Assembly: GCA_027491085.1 (NCBI GenBank)
Contig: JAIXWW010000014.1
Span: 79,414-143,413 of the forward strand
Source: Bacteroidota bacterium
Lineage (GTDB): Bacteria; Bacteroidota; Bacteroidia; UKL13-3
Direction of reading: 5' to 3'
Length of the DNA: 64,000 nucleotides
The notes below the pieces were generated by a model. That model had not been told where the DNA came from and made no database searches. It was given only the letters and a program-made list of their open reading frames with translations. Below, in pieces: positions 9,992 through 18,539 of the stretch. Both the position numbers and the translations under genes were made by a program. The stretch's first letter is position 1, and the number at the start of each line of letters is the position of its first letter.

Positions 9992-10318
9992 ATGATTACA
10001 GTTAGCGAAAAAGCAAAAAAACGTATTGCAGAATTAAAAATTGAACAAAACTACAGCTCTGCGCACTTTTTAAGAGTAGGTGTGGAAAGTGGTGGCTGTT
10101 CGGGTCTATCCTATAAATTAGATTTTGATACCGAATTAAAACCAGGTGATGAAAAATTTGGAGATAATGGTGTTGAAATAGTTACAGATAAGCGCAGTGT
10201 TTTGTATTTATTTGGAACAGAACTTGATTTTACTGACGGATTAAATGGAAAAGGATTTAGTTTTAATAATCCAAATGCCTCACGCACATGTAGTTGCGGA
10301 GAAAGTTTCTCAGTATAA
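9992..10318 (+). CDS. Iron-sulfur cluster insertion/assembly protein, HesB/IscA/ErpA family
   Basis: A 108 aa ORF with GGCSGLSY and the C-terminal CSCGESF cysteine signature of A-type Fe-S carriers. Confidence 0.85.
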   Translation: MITVSEKAKKRIAELKIEQNYSSAHFLRVGVESGGCSGLSYKLDFDTELKPGDEKFGDNGVEIVTDKRSVLYLFGTELDFTDGLNGKGFSFNNPNASRTCSCGESFSV

Positions 10319-10337
10319 ACATTTTTTTTGTGGAGTG

Positions 10338-10367
10338 TTTGATTTTTAAATCAAAACGGTATATTTG
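10338..10367 (+). promoter_or_regulatory. Putative rpsT promoter TTTG-N18-TATATTTG
   Basis: TTTG at 10338-10341 and TATATTTG at 10360-10367 match the TAnnTTTG consensus. Confidence 0.5.
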
Positions 10368-10429
10368 CAACCCCTTTATTAGTTATATACATAACTGATA
10401 AGTTTTAAAGAGATAAATTAAATACAAAG

Positions 10430-10729
10430 ATGGCTAATCATAAATCAGCAATAAAACGTAACAGAAGTAACGCAACTAAGCGCTTACGTAACCGTTATCA
10501 AGCAAAAACAACTCGTAGCGCTATTAAAGAACTACGCTTATCTGAAGATAAAGCTGCAGCTTCAGAATTATTTAAAAAAGTAGCTAGTATGTTAGACAAG
10601 TTGGCTAAACGTAGCATTATTCACAAAAATAAGGCTGCAAACCAAAAATCTAAATTAGCTAAAGTAGTTAGCAAAATTGGAACAGCTCCTAAAAAAGTAG
10701 CTAAATCAACTAAGAAAAAAACTGCTTAA
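10430..10729 (+). CDS. rpsT: 30S ribosomal protein S20
   Basis: The N-terminus MANHKSAIKRNRSNATKRLRNRYQAKTTRSAIK is characteristic of S20. Basic 99 aa protein. Confidence 0.9.
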   Translation: MANHKSAIKRNRSNATKRLRNRYQAKTTRSAIKELRLSEDKAAASELFKKVASMLDKLAKRSIIHKNKAANQKSKLAKVVSKIGTAPKKVAKSTKKKTA

Positions 10730-10762
10730 GCAGCATTTGTCTTAAATAAAGTATTATTATTT

Positions 10763-10800
10763 AAAGCTTACTCATAAATTATGGGTAAGCTTTTTTTGTT
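10763..10800 (+). terminator. Intrinsic terminator after rpsT
   Basis: Stem AAAGCTTAC/GTAAGCTTT followed by a T run. Confidence 0.75.
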
Positions 10801-10841
10801 TTTAAGCTTTTAATTTATTTTGCCCTTGCATTTAAATCAGA

Positions 10842-11543
10842 ATGGAAAATATTTTGGATAAATTTTCGGGTATTAAAGCTTGGGCTGAAGATGACAGACC
10901 GAGAGAAAAATTTTTGCTAAAAGGTAAACAAAGTTTGAGCAATACTGAGCTATTGGCTATACTAATTGCAACTGGTACCAAAAATGAATCGGCAGTAGAT
11001 TTGGCAAGAAAAATATTGCAATTAACCAATGATAATTTAAATGAGCTTGGGAAACTTTCAATTAAAGATTTAAAGAAAGTAAAAGGAATAGGAGAGGCCA
11101 AGGCTATAACAATTGCTGCTGCCCTTGAATTAGGTAGAAGGAGAAAAGATGAAGATGCCAAACAAATTGAAATTGTTAAAACATCGCGTGAGGTTTTTAA
11201 TTATTTTGAGCCTTTACTGGCCGACTTACCACACGAAGAATTTTGGATTTTATTACTTGCTAGAAATAGAAAAGTAATAGCTCGTGTAAAAATTAGTGAA
11301 GGTGGTGTGGCGGGAACAGTAGTAGATACTAAAATCATATTTAAACATGCTATCGAAAATTTGGCTAGCTATATTGTACTTTGCCATAATCATCCTTCAG
11401 GAAATTTGCAGCCAAGTACTGCCGATATTCAAATAACGAAAAATTTAAAAAATGCAGCAAAACTCCTAGATATAGACATTGTTGACCATATAATTATTGG
11501 AAACAATAAATACTATAGTTTTGCTGATAATGATGATTTTTAA
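10842..11543 (+). CDS. radC: RadC-family JAB/MPN domain protein
   Basis: Contains a helix-hairpin-helix region (LKKVKGIGEAKA) and the JAMM motif HNHPSG...S..D. Confidence 0.85.
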   Translation: MENILDKFSGIKAWAEDDRPREKFLLKGKQSLSNTELLAILIATGTKNESAVDLARKILQLTNDNLNELGKLSIKDLKKVKGIGEAKAITIAAALELGRRRKDEDAKQIEIVKTSREVFNYFEPLLADLPHEEFWILLLARNRKVIARVKISEGGVAGTVVDTKIIFKHAIENLASYIVLCHNHPSGNLQPSTADIQITKNLKNAAKLLDIDIVDHIIIGNNKYYSFADNDDF

Positions 11544-11597
11544 ACCTTTCTTCCCTAAAGACATCAAAAACGAATTATTACTTAAACATTAGATTGA

Positions 11598-12164
11598 TTG
11601 GAAAAGGAAATTACGGATAGCGAATTGATAGTGAAATTTAATAATGAGCAAACCAAGCATACTGCTTTTGAGCTTATTTTAAATAAATTTCAAAAACAAA
11701 CCTATTGGCATATTCGCAGAATAGTAATTAACCACGATGATGCCGATGATATATTGCAAAATACTTTTATTAAAGTTTGGGAAAATTTAGCAAAATTTAG
11801 AGGAGATAGCAAACTATATACTTGGATTTATCGCATTGCTACCAATGAGTCATTGCTTTTTATTCAAAAGAAAAAACAAAATTTCAATATTTCTATAGAT
11901 GATGAAAATTCTGAATTTTTAAGCAATAACTTAACAGCTGATAATTATTTTGATGGTAACCAAATAGAACTGAAATTGCAACAAGCTATTTTAACTTTAC
12001 CTAATAAACAAAGATTGGTCTTTAACATGAAATATTATGAAAATATGAAATATGAAGAAATGAGTGAAGTGCTTGATACCAGCGTGGGTGCATTAAAAGC
12101 ATCTTATTTTCATGCCGTTAAAAAAATAGAAGATCACCTAAAAAAAGAAACAAATTTTAAATAA
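11598..12164 (+). CDS. RNA polymerase sigma-70 factor, ECF subfamily
   Basis: Region 2 (DDADDILQNTFIKVWENLAKFRGDSKLYTWIYRIATNESL) and region 4 (LPNKQRLVFNMKYYENMKYEEMSEVLDTSVGALKASYFHAVKKIE) are both present. Confidence 0.85.
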   Translation: MEKEITDSELIVKFNNEQTKHTAFELILNKFQKQTYWHIRRIVINHDDADDILQNTFIKVWENLAKFRGDSKLYTWIYRIATNESLLFIQKKKQNFNISIDDENSEFLSNNLTADNYFDGNQIELKLQQAILTLPNKQRLVFNMKYYENMKYEEMSEVLDTSVGALKASYFHAVKKIEDHLKKETNFK

Positions 12165-12165
12165 A

Positions 12166-13185
12166 ATGATAAAATATTTTAAGCAATTTAAAACGTTACA
12201 ACAAGCCGAAATTGGAAGCTATAGTCCTGGATTAAATGCCATAAAAGGATTGTTGGTAATAATCGTAATATTTGGTCATGCCATAAATATTACATCCAAA
12301 TTCCAAACAGTTTATTTTTTTCATATGCCCCTTTTTTTATCAATTAGCGGTTTTTTGGTTAAAAAGTCGGCATTTGATGATGGAATTTTTGCTTACTTCA
12401 AAAAGTTTTTTAATAGAGCTATTATTCCATGGTTAATTGCATTTGTTGTTTTTATTCCAATCGCTTTTTATAATAAATCATTTGCTACTTTTTCGGTTAA
12501 AGATATACTTTATCCTTACTATCATTTGTGGTATATACCTGCTTATATTCTTGGTGTTTGCGTGTGTTTCTTAGCTGTAAAATACAAAATTCCATATTGG
12601 TTGGTGCTAATTGTTTTAGTCTTTATTTCTTGCTGTTGGTTTATAATTTACAGCGATTCTTCTCCCGATAATTTGCCTTTATTTTACCTTGGTGAGAAAA
12701 GAATTTATGGCTACCTAACATTTTTCTTTTTAGGATTTGCTATTAGAAATAAGGAAATAAAATGGCGCCCAAATCCATACATACTCATGGTTATTATTTC
12801 ACTAGCAGGTTTGGTTATATTGGCTTTTATAGCCAAGCACATGCAGTCAAATGGTACTTTATTAGTTACTCCCTATTTAATTTGTAATATTGGTTTGGTT
12901 TTTTTTACCCTTATTTATTTATCATCTCAAAATTGGACTGATAATAAATTTATTCATTTTGTTAATAACCAATCTTTAGGAATTTATTTGTATCACCCCT
13001 TGTTTATTTTTTTAGCCTACCAATTTTTAAACGACCCTCAAATGAACAAGTTGAATGATTTATACGGCACCATTATTTTCATTCTATCTACTCTTTTAAG
13101 TGCAGCATTAATATGGTTATTAACTCAATTTGATATAACAAATAGATATGTGTTGGGAAATATCAAGAAGAATATCAATAAATAG
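12166..13185 (+). CDS. Acyltransferase family 3 membrane protein
   Basis: A 339 aa protein with about 10 helices. The N-terminal motif GLNAIKGLLVIIVIFGHA is typical of acyltransferase_3 (OafA/NolL-like). It starts 1 nt after the sigma factor stop. Confidence 0.7.
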   Translation: MIKYFKQFKTLQQAEIGSYSPGLNAIKGLLVIIVIFGHAINITSKFQTVYFFHMPLFLSISGFLVKKSAFDDGIFAYFKKFFNRAIIPWLIAFVVFIPIAFYNKSFATFSVKDILYPYYHLWYIPAYILGVCVCFLAVKYKIPYWLVLIVLVFISCCWFIIYSDSSPDNLPLFYLGEKRIYGYLTFFFLGFAIRNKEIKWRPNPYILMVIISLAGLVILAFIAKHMQSNGTLLVTPYLICNIGLVFFTLIYLSSQNWTDNKFIHFVNNQSLGIYLYHPLFIFLAYQFLNDPQMNKLNDLYGTIIFILSTLLSAALIWLLTQFDITNRYVLGNIKKNINK

Positions 13186-13237
13186 TTCAGTTATAATTAA
13201 ACCATTTAGTTGAAATAATATCTACCAAATACTTTCA

Positions 13238-13780
13238 ATGGAAAACGAGACAGAAAAAAGTGATAATTTGTTTTTAGATAACTTGCCCAAAGCAAATGGT
13301 TTTACAGTGCCTACTGGTTACTTTGAAAACAGAAGTGCCTTAATTTTAAGTAAAATTGAAGCAAATAAAACTTTGGATATAACAGATAATAAAGGTGGTT
13401 ATACTATCCCTGATGATTATTTTGAAACGAGTAAATCTCAAATATTAAGTAAAGTAAATTCACAACAAGTTAAAAAAGTAAATTTGTTTTCTACTGCCAA
13501 TTGGCAATTTGCGAGCGGAATAGCTGCCATTTTTATCGCTATTATTTCACTGATTATTTTTGTAAAAAATAATCAACAAGATAATTTAAGTGCAAATCTA
13601 AATAAGGTGAGCGAAGCAGAAATGATAGATTATTTGGCCAATAATGATGTGAAAATTGAATGGATTAATGAGTTGAATCCAGAAATAAAAGCAGATTTAA
13701 ATAAAGAAGAAAGTAAAAAAGAAATTGAACAATATTTATTAGAGCATGCTGACGAGCAAGCTTTATTAGATGAACTTTAA
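13238..13780 (+). CDS. Hypothetical single-pass membrane protein, possible anti-sigma factor
   Basis: One central TM helix (IAAIFIAIISLIIFV). The N-terminus has an internal duplication (NGFTVPTGYFENRSALILSKIEA / GGYTIPDDYFETSKSQILSKVNS). Its position next to the ECF sigma gene suggests the role. Confidence 0.4.
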   Translation: MENETEKSDNLFLDNLPKANGFTVPTGYFENRSALILSKIEANKTLDITDNKGGYTIPDDYFETSKSQILSKVNSQQVKKVNLFSTANWQFASGIAAIFIAIISLIIFVKNNQQDNLSANLNKVSEAEMIDYLANNDVKIEWINELNPEIKADLNKEESKKEIEQYLLEHADEQALLDEL

Positions 13781-13792
13781 GAAAAAAATACC

Positions 13793-14224
13793 ATGAAAAA
13801 ATATATTTATTTAGTAGCAATTATTGCAACCATTTCATTGAAAGCAATGGCTCAAAAAGGGGAAAGATTAGAAGCCATGAAAATTGGTTTTATTACTGAA
13901 CGTTTGAATTTAAGTAGTGAGGAAGCAAAAATCTTTTGGCCGGTATACAATAAATTTACCGAAGATTTAAAAAAATTACGCCAAAGCACCAAAGGAAAAA
14001 TTGCAGATGAAATGGCCGACATGCCAGCAATGACAGATGCTGAAGCTGAAAAAGTTTTAAACGATATGGTGAATTTTAAAATAAATGAAGCCGATTTGCT
14101 TAAAAAATATGCAACAGAATTCAAAAAGGTTTTACCAATAAAAAAGGTAGTTCTATTGTTTAAAGCCGAAAACGATTTTAAACGCGAATTGCTTAAAAAA
14201 TTATCTCAGAGAAATAGGGAGTAA
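13793..14224 (+). CDS. Periplasmic Spy/CpxP-like helical protein
   Basis: Signal peptide ending AMAQ, and a helical K/E-rich body with LSSEEAKIFWPVYNKF. This resembles the small periplasmic proteins commonly found next to ECF sigma genes in Bacteroidota. Confidence 0.45.
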   Translation: MKKYIYLVAIIATISLKAMAQKGERLEAMKIGFITERLNLSSEEAKIFWPVYNKFTEDLKKLRQSTKGKIADEMADMPAMTDAEAEKVLNDMVNFKINEADLLKKYATEFKKVLPIKKVVLLFKAENDFKRELLKKLSQRNRE

Positions 14225-14321
14225 CAAATTAGTATTGTTAAGTTTGATTGTCATTGCGAACGTAGTGAAGCTATATCAAGCCTAACGATTAGTTTTTATA
14301 TAAAAGCCATAAGTAAACCCC

Positions 14322-15233
14322 CTATTTCTTCAAAGTAATTTCTACACTTTCGCCTTCTTTTAAAGTAAGTGTATTGCCACGCAACCAAGGATTTAATAAT
14401 TTTACCGTTTTATAATTGGTTTTAAACTGAATAGCCCAAGCAGCCAAATCGGGAATGGAATAATTAACCGATAAATTCATGGTTGGAATTGGATCGTATA
14501 AATGATTTTTAGCTATGTAAAACCCATATTGTTGTGGCTTTTCGGCTATTTCCTTCATTGCTAAAATTCTAAACACATAACGCGATGTTTCAGTATTTAA
14601 AAATAAATCGTAATAACTGCTACCTGATTGGTTTTTTAACTGACGCCTTAAACCTTCAATTCCCATATTATAACTTGCAGCCACCAAGCCCCAATCGTTA
14701 AAAACTGCATACGATTCTTTAAAATACTTACAAGCCGCATAAGTAGCTTTTTCAAGGTGATAGCGCTCATCAACTTCGGTATTGATAGTTAAGCCATACT
14801 GTTTGCCTGTTTTATCCATAAACTGCCAAAAACCCGAAGCACCCACAGGAGAATTTACATTCATTAAACCACTTTCAATTAAAGCCACGTATTTTAAATC
14901 ATCGGGCATACCTTGTTCCTTTAAAATGCGCTCAATGGTTGGAAAAAAACGGTTAGCACGTTTCAATAATAAAATGGTTTGCGATTGCCAATATACATTG
15001 GTAAGCAATTCTCTGTCAAATCTTTCGTGCACATCAAACTCCTTTAAGCTAATTTTTTGCCCAGCAAATGTTACACTTTCGGGAATTGGCAATGAATAAC
15101 TTCTGATGTTTTGTTCAATTAACTGCTGCTGCTTATCATCGTAGCGTAAACTGCCTTTAATAAACAATCCGCTACCAAAACAAATGATACCAACTAACAG
15201 AATGATAACCGTATTTTTATTCCAAAATTTCAT
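14322..15233 (-). CDS. Lytic murein transglycosylase (SLT domain, MltD-like)
   Basis: N-terminal TM anchor and an SLT catalytic region (ALIESGLMNVNSPVGASGFWQFM...AASYNMG). Confidence 0.8.
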   Translation of the reverse strand: MKFWNKNTVIILLVGIICFGSGLFIKGSLRYDDKQQQLIEQNIRSYSLPIPESVTFAGQKISLKEFDVHERFDRELLTNVYWQSQTILLLKRANRFFPTIERILKEQGMPDDLKYVALIESGLMNVNSPVGASGFWQFMDKTGKQYGLTINTEVDERYHLEKATYAACKYFKESYAVFNDWGLVAASYNMGIEGLRRQLKNQSGSSYYDLFLNTETSRYVFRILAMKEIAEKPQQYGFYIAKNHLYDPIPTMNLSVNYSIPDLAAWAIQFKTNYKTVKLLNPWLRGNTLTLKEGESVEITLKK

Positions 15234-15235
15234 TT

Positions 15236-16288
15236 TTATTCTTCCTCCATTGGTTTAAAATGGGCGTAATTTTTCCATTTATCTAATACTTTCACAAAAT
15301 CGTCAGGCAATGGACTTTCAAAAAACATGCGCTCATTGGTTACAGGATGTGTAAACCCAAGCGAACGTGCGTGCAAAGCCTGGCGAGGCAATATTTCAAA
15401 ACAATTATCTACAAACTGCTTGTATTTGGTAAATGTAGTTCCTTTTAAAATTCTATCGCCACCATAAGTAGTATCGCCAAAAAGTGGATGCCCAATACTT
15501 TTGGCATGAACCCTGATTTGGTGCGTTCTGCCTGTTTCCAACTTTAACTCAATTAAACTTACATAGGTTAAATTTTCTAACACTTTGTAATGCGTTACAC
15601 TCCATTTTCCTTTTTCTTCTTCATTATAAAGTTGGAAAATTTTTCTGTCGTGGTTACTGCGGCCAATATATCCAGTTATGGTTCCTTCTGGTTCCGGCAT
15701 TTCGCCCCAAGCTATGGCATTATAACTTCTATCAATGCTGTGTTCGTAAAACTGTTTAGCCAAATAGGTCATGGCATGTTCGGTTTTAGCTACCACCAAT
15801 AAACCTGTGGTGTTTTTATCAATTCTATGCACCAAACCTGGCCTTACATTGTTTTCCTTAGCAAAAGGCAAATCTTGAAAATGCCAAGCCAAAGCATTTA
15901 CCAAAGTACCAGTAGTGTTATTATAACCAGGATGAACCACCATGTTAGTAGGTTTGTTTACTATCAATAACGAATCATCTTCGTAAATAATATTTAACGG
16001 AATATTTTCTGCAACAATTTCGGTATTAGCTGGAGGATTGGGTAAAACAATGCTGATTACATCAAAAGGTTTTACTTTATAATTTGATTTTACAGGTTTT
16101 TCGTTTACCAAAACACAGCCTAACTCGCAGGCTTGCTGCAATTTGGAGCGCGTAGCATTGGCTATACGAATCATTAAATATTTATCAATTCGAAGCATGG
16201 CTTGACCCTTTTCTACTTCTACTCGGTGATGTTCGTATAGTTCTTGTTCTTCGTTATTGTCGTCTTCTAAAAGCGGCTTTAAATACAT
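15236..16288 (-). CDS. rluD: RluA-family 23S rRNA pseudouridine synthase (RluD-like) with S4 domain
   Basis: S4 RNA-binding N-terminus (RIDKYL), the catalytic motif HRIDKNTTGLLV, and a C-terminal GRTHQIRVH. Confidence 0.9.
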   Translation of the reverse strand: MYLKPLLEDDNNEEQELYEHHRVEVEKGQAMLRIDKYLMIRIANATRSKLQQACELGCVLVNEKPVKSNYKVKPFDVISIVLPNPPANTEIVAENIPLNIIYEDDSLLIVNKPTNMVVHPGYNNTTGTLVNALAWHFQDLPFAKENNVRPGLVHRIDKNTTGLLVVAKTEHAMTYLAKQFYEHSIDRSYNAIAWGEMPEPEGTITGYIGRSNHDRKIFQLYNEEEKGKWSVTHYKVLENLTYVSLIELKLETGRTHQIRVHAKSIGHPLFGDTTYGGDRILKGTTFTKYKQFVDNCFEILPRQALHARSLGFTHPVTNERMFFESPLPDDFVKVLDKWKNYAHFKPMEEE

Positions 16289-16305
16289 TTAGCAAAGGTA
16301 AGGCT

Positions 16306-16470
16306 TTTAGTTGATAGTTGTCGGTTGTTAGTTGATAGGGTTTTTGGGGTGGGTCGGTTGATGGAGTTAATTGAGTTGATAGGTTGATTGGAGCGTCATT
16401 TCGACTGTTCCAAGCGACCATTCAAGAAACTAACAAGTCAATCATCTATTGTCTATGGTCCATCAACTAT
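16306..16470. repeat. Bipartite degenerate word repeat: a T/G-rich arm (TAGTTGATAG, GTTGTTAG, GGTTGATGG, GAGTTGATAGG, TTGATTGG) facing an A/C-rich arm (CAATCATC, CCATCAACTATTG, CTAACTAAC)
   Basis: Read directly. It occupies the whole rluD-prmA spacer, and the right arm runs into the last codons of prmA. Confidence 0.75.
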
Positions 16471-17294
16471 TGTCTAACTAACACCGCAGCACACCAATTA
16501 TTGGTAACTACTTTTTGTTGTAAATTTAAGCCAAATGCTTGGCAACAATCCAATAAATCGGCTAAATCAGATTCATAGAAACCGCTTATTAAAACTATTC
16601 CGTTTGCTTTAACGTGTTTGCTTAATTGCTCAAAACTTTTCAGTAAAATATTTTTATTGATATTGGCTAAAATAATATCGTATTCAGTATTTGGAACTAT
16701 GCTTAAATCGCCTTTTTGGTAATCAATATTGGTTATGCTATTCATAGCAGCATTTTCACCTACATTTTCAAAAGCCCAATCGTCAATATCGTTGGCAAAA
16801 ATACTAGTAGCGGCTAATTGCGAAGCTAATATGGCCAAAACACCTGTACCACAGCCATAATCAAAAACGGTTTTGTTTTTAAAATCCATTTTAAGCATTA
16901 ACTCCATAATGCTTTGCGTGGTTTCGTGGTGGCCAGTTCCAAATGAAGTTTTAGGTTGAATAATTATTTCGTAAGGATATTTTTGTTCAATTTGATGGAA
17001 AGGTGCTTTAATGATTAATTGATTACTTACAATTACAGGCTCAAAGCTACTTTCCCATTGGGCATTCCAATTTTGTTGAGGAATGGTGTTTTCGACTATT
17101 TGATTTTGAGCTAAACCATAATTACTTATTATTTCTTTGAATAAAGATTCATTGTATTCACTTTCTAATAAATAGGCTTCAAAACCAGTTTCATTTTCCA
17201 AAAATCCTTCAAAGCCAATTTCGGCTAATTCAGCTATTAAAATATCAGTTAAATCGGCACCGCAGTTAATTTGGAAAACTTTGTAGTTAGTCAT
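16467..17294 (-). CDS. prmA: Ribosomal protein L11 methyltransferase
   Basis: Typical PrmA layout, with FGTGHHETT and the SAM-binding motif DYGCGTGVLA. Confidence 0.9.
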   Translation of the reverse strand: MTNYKVFQINCGADLTDILIAELAEIGFEGFLENETGFEAYLLESEYNESLFKEIISNYGLAQNQIVENTIPQQNWNAQWESSFEPVIVSNQLIIKAPFHQIEQKYPYEIIIQPKTSFGTGHHETTQSIMELMLKMDFKNKTVFDYGCGTGVLAILASQLAATSIFANDIDDWAFENVGENAAMNSITNIDYQKGDLSIVPNTEYDIILANINKNILLKSFEQLSKHVKANGIVLISGFYESDLADLLDCCQAFGLNLQQKVVTNNWCAAVLVRQ

Positions 17295-17369
17295 AATAAA
17301 AATTTGAGAATAAAAAATTTAGAAACAGAAATAAATTGAAAGGATATTTATTTGTAAAAAGTTACCTAG

Positions 17370-17714
17370 TTACATAGTGGCCAATAGTTCATTTATTTCA
17401 GTTGCTAAGTTTGCAATTTTTACTTTAATTTCATTAATCATATTTGGAATTGCATCAGTACTTACGCCATTTTTTCCAATTTTTTCAATTTCTTTTAATT
17501 TATCAAAAAGTTCACTTGCGCCAATCATTTGTATAGGAGCTTTCATTTTATGAGCTAATTGGCCAATTGCTATATAATCTCCAACTGCTAGGTGGTGGTC
17601 AAATTCATTCACTTCAATAGCTGTAGTGTTTATAAATAAATCTAACATTTCTCGAATAAACGAATCATCTCCGCCAGAAATCTCTTTTAAATAGGTAAGG
17701 TCAATATTGTTCAT
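17370..17714 (-). CDS. Stand-alone Hpt (histidine phosphotransfer) domain protein
   Basis: A 114 aa helical protein with the Hpt signature around the phospho-His (LAHKMKAPIQMIGA). Confidence 0.7.
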   Translation of the reverse strand: MNNIDLTYLKEISGGDDSFIREMLDLFINTTAIEVNEFDHHLAVGDYIAIGQLAHKMKAPIQMIGASELFDKLKEIEKIGKNGVSTDAIPNMINEIKVKIANLATEINELLATM

Positions 17715-17768
17715 TTTTTTTAATAGCTTTGACGCAAATAAACAATAAATTTTAAGTTTTTAAAAAAA

Positions 17769-18515
17769 ATGTTTGGTATTAGTTTAATTCCGATTATCCC
17801 ACTTAGAAGTGAGCCAAGTAGCAAGAGTGAAATGGTGAGCCAATTGCTATTTGGACAAAAGTATATCGTGTTGCACACACAACCTAATTGGTTGAAAATT
17901 GAAACCATTGATGATAAATACATAGGATGGATAAACGATACGCAAGCTGAGATAATTGATGAATCAGAATGGCTTGGTTTGCAAAATCCTACAGTAGTTT
18001 TAAATTATCCATTTTTAAAAATTTTAGTAAATGAAACTCCAATGTTTATCAGCACAGGAAGTATCATTTATTCGTTAACTCAATTTAAAGTTGGTGGGTA
18101 TAATATTATTACCAATTTGGACGAAACAAATATGCAGTTAGGTTTGGAACCTACAGCCTTGCAATATTTAAATACTCCTTATTTGTGGGGCGGAAAAACT
18201 CCTTGGGGAATTGACTGTAGTGGCTTTACTCAAACTGTTTTTGCTCAAAATGGAATATTCTTGAAAAGAGATGCTTACCAACAAGCTGAACAAGGTGAAA
18301 CCTTGGCTTTTTTAGCGGAATCAAAAATAGGTGATTTAGCATTTTTTGATAATGATGAAGGTAAAATTATTCATGTAGGCATATTGCTAGAAAATGGGCA
18401 AATAATTCATGCAAATGGTAAGGTAAGAATTGATAAAATAGATAATTATGGTATCATGAATTCTGAAACTCGAAAGTATAGCCATAAGTTGCGAATTGTT
18501 AAGCGGATTATCTAA
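17769..18515 (+). CDS. C40 family (NlpC/P60) peptidoglycan peptidase with an N-terminal SH3-like domain
   Basis: Catalytic Cys motif (YLWGGKTPWGIDCSGFTQ) and a downstream His (IIHVGILL...IIHAN). Confidence 0.85.
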   Translation: MFGISLIPIIPLRSEPSSKSEMVSQLLFGQKYIVLHTQPNWLKIETIDDKYIGWINDTQAEIIDESEWLGLQNPTVVLNYPFLKILVNETPMFISTGSIIYSLTQFKVGGYNIITNLDETNMQLGLEPTALQYLNTPYLWGGKTPWGIDCSGFTQTVFAQNGIFLKRDAYQQAEQGETLAFLAESKIGDLAFFDNDEGKIIHVGILLENGQIIHANGKVRIDKIDNYGIMNSETRKYSHKLRIVKRII

Positions 18516-18539
18516 AAATTTGAAATTTCTTAATGCTTC

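Noticed and set aside
17720-17923. 67 aa - strand ORF overlapping the 5' end of the NlpC/P60 gene.
   Set aside because: It overlaps a well-supported gene and the Hpt-NlpC/P60 divergent promoter region, and it has no motif.
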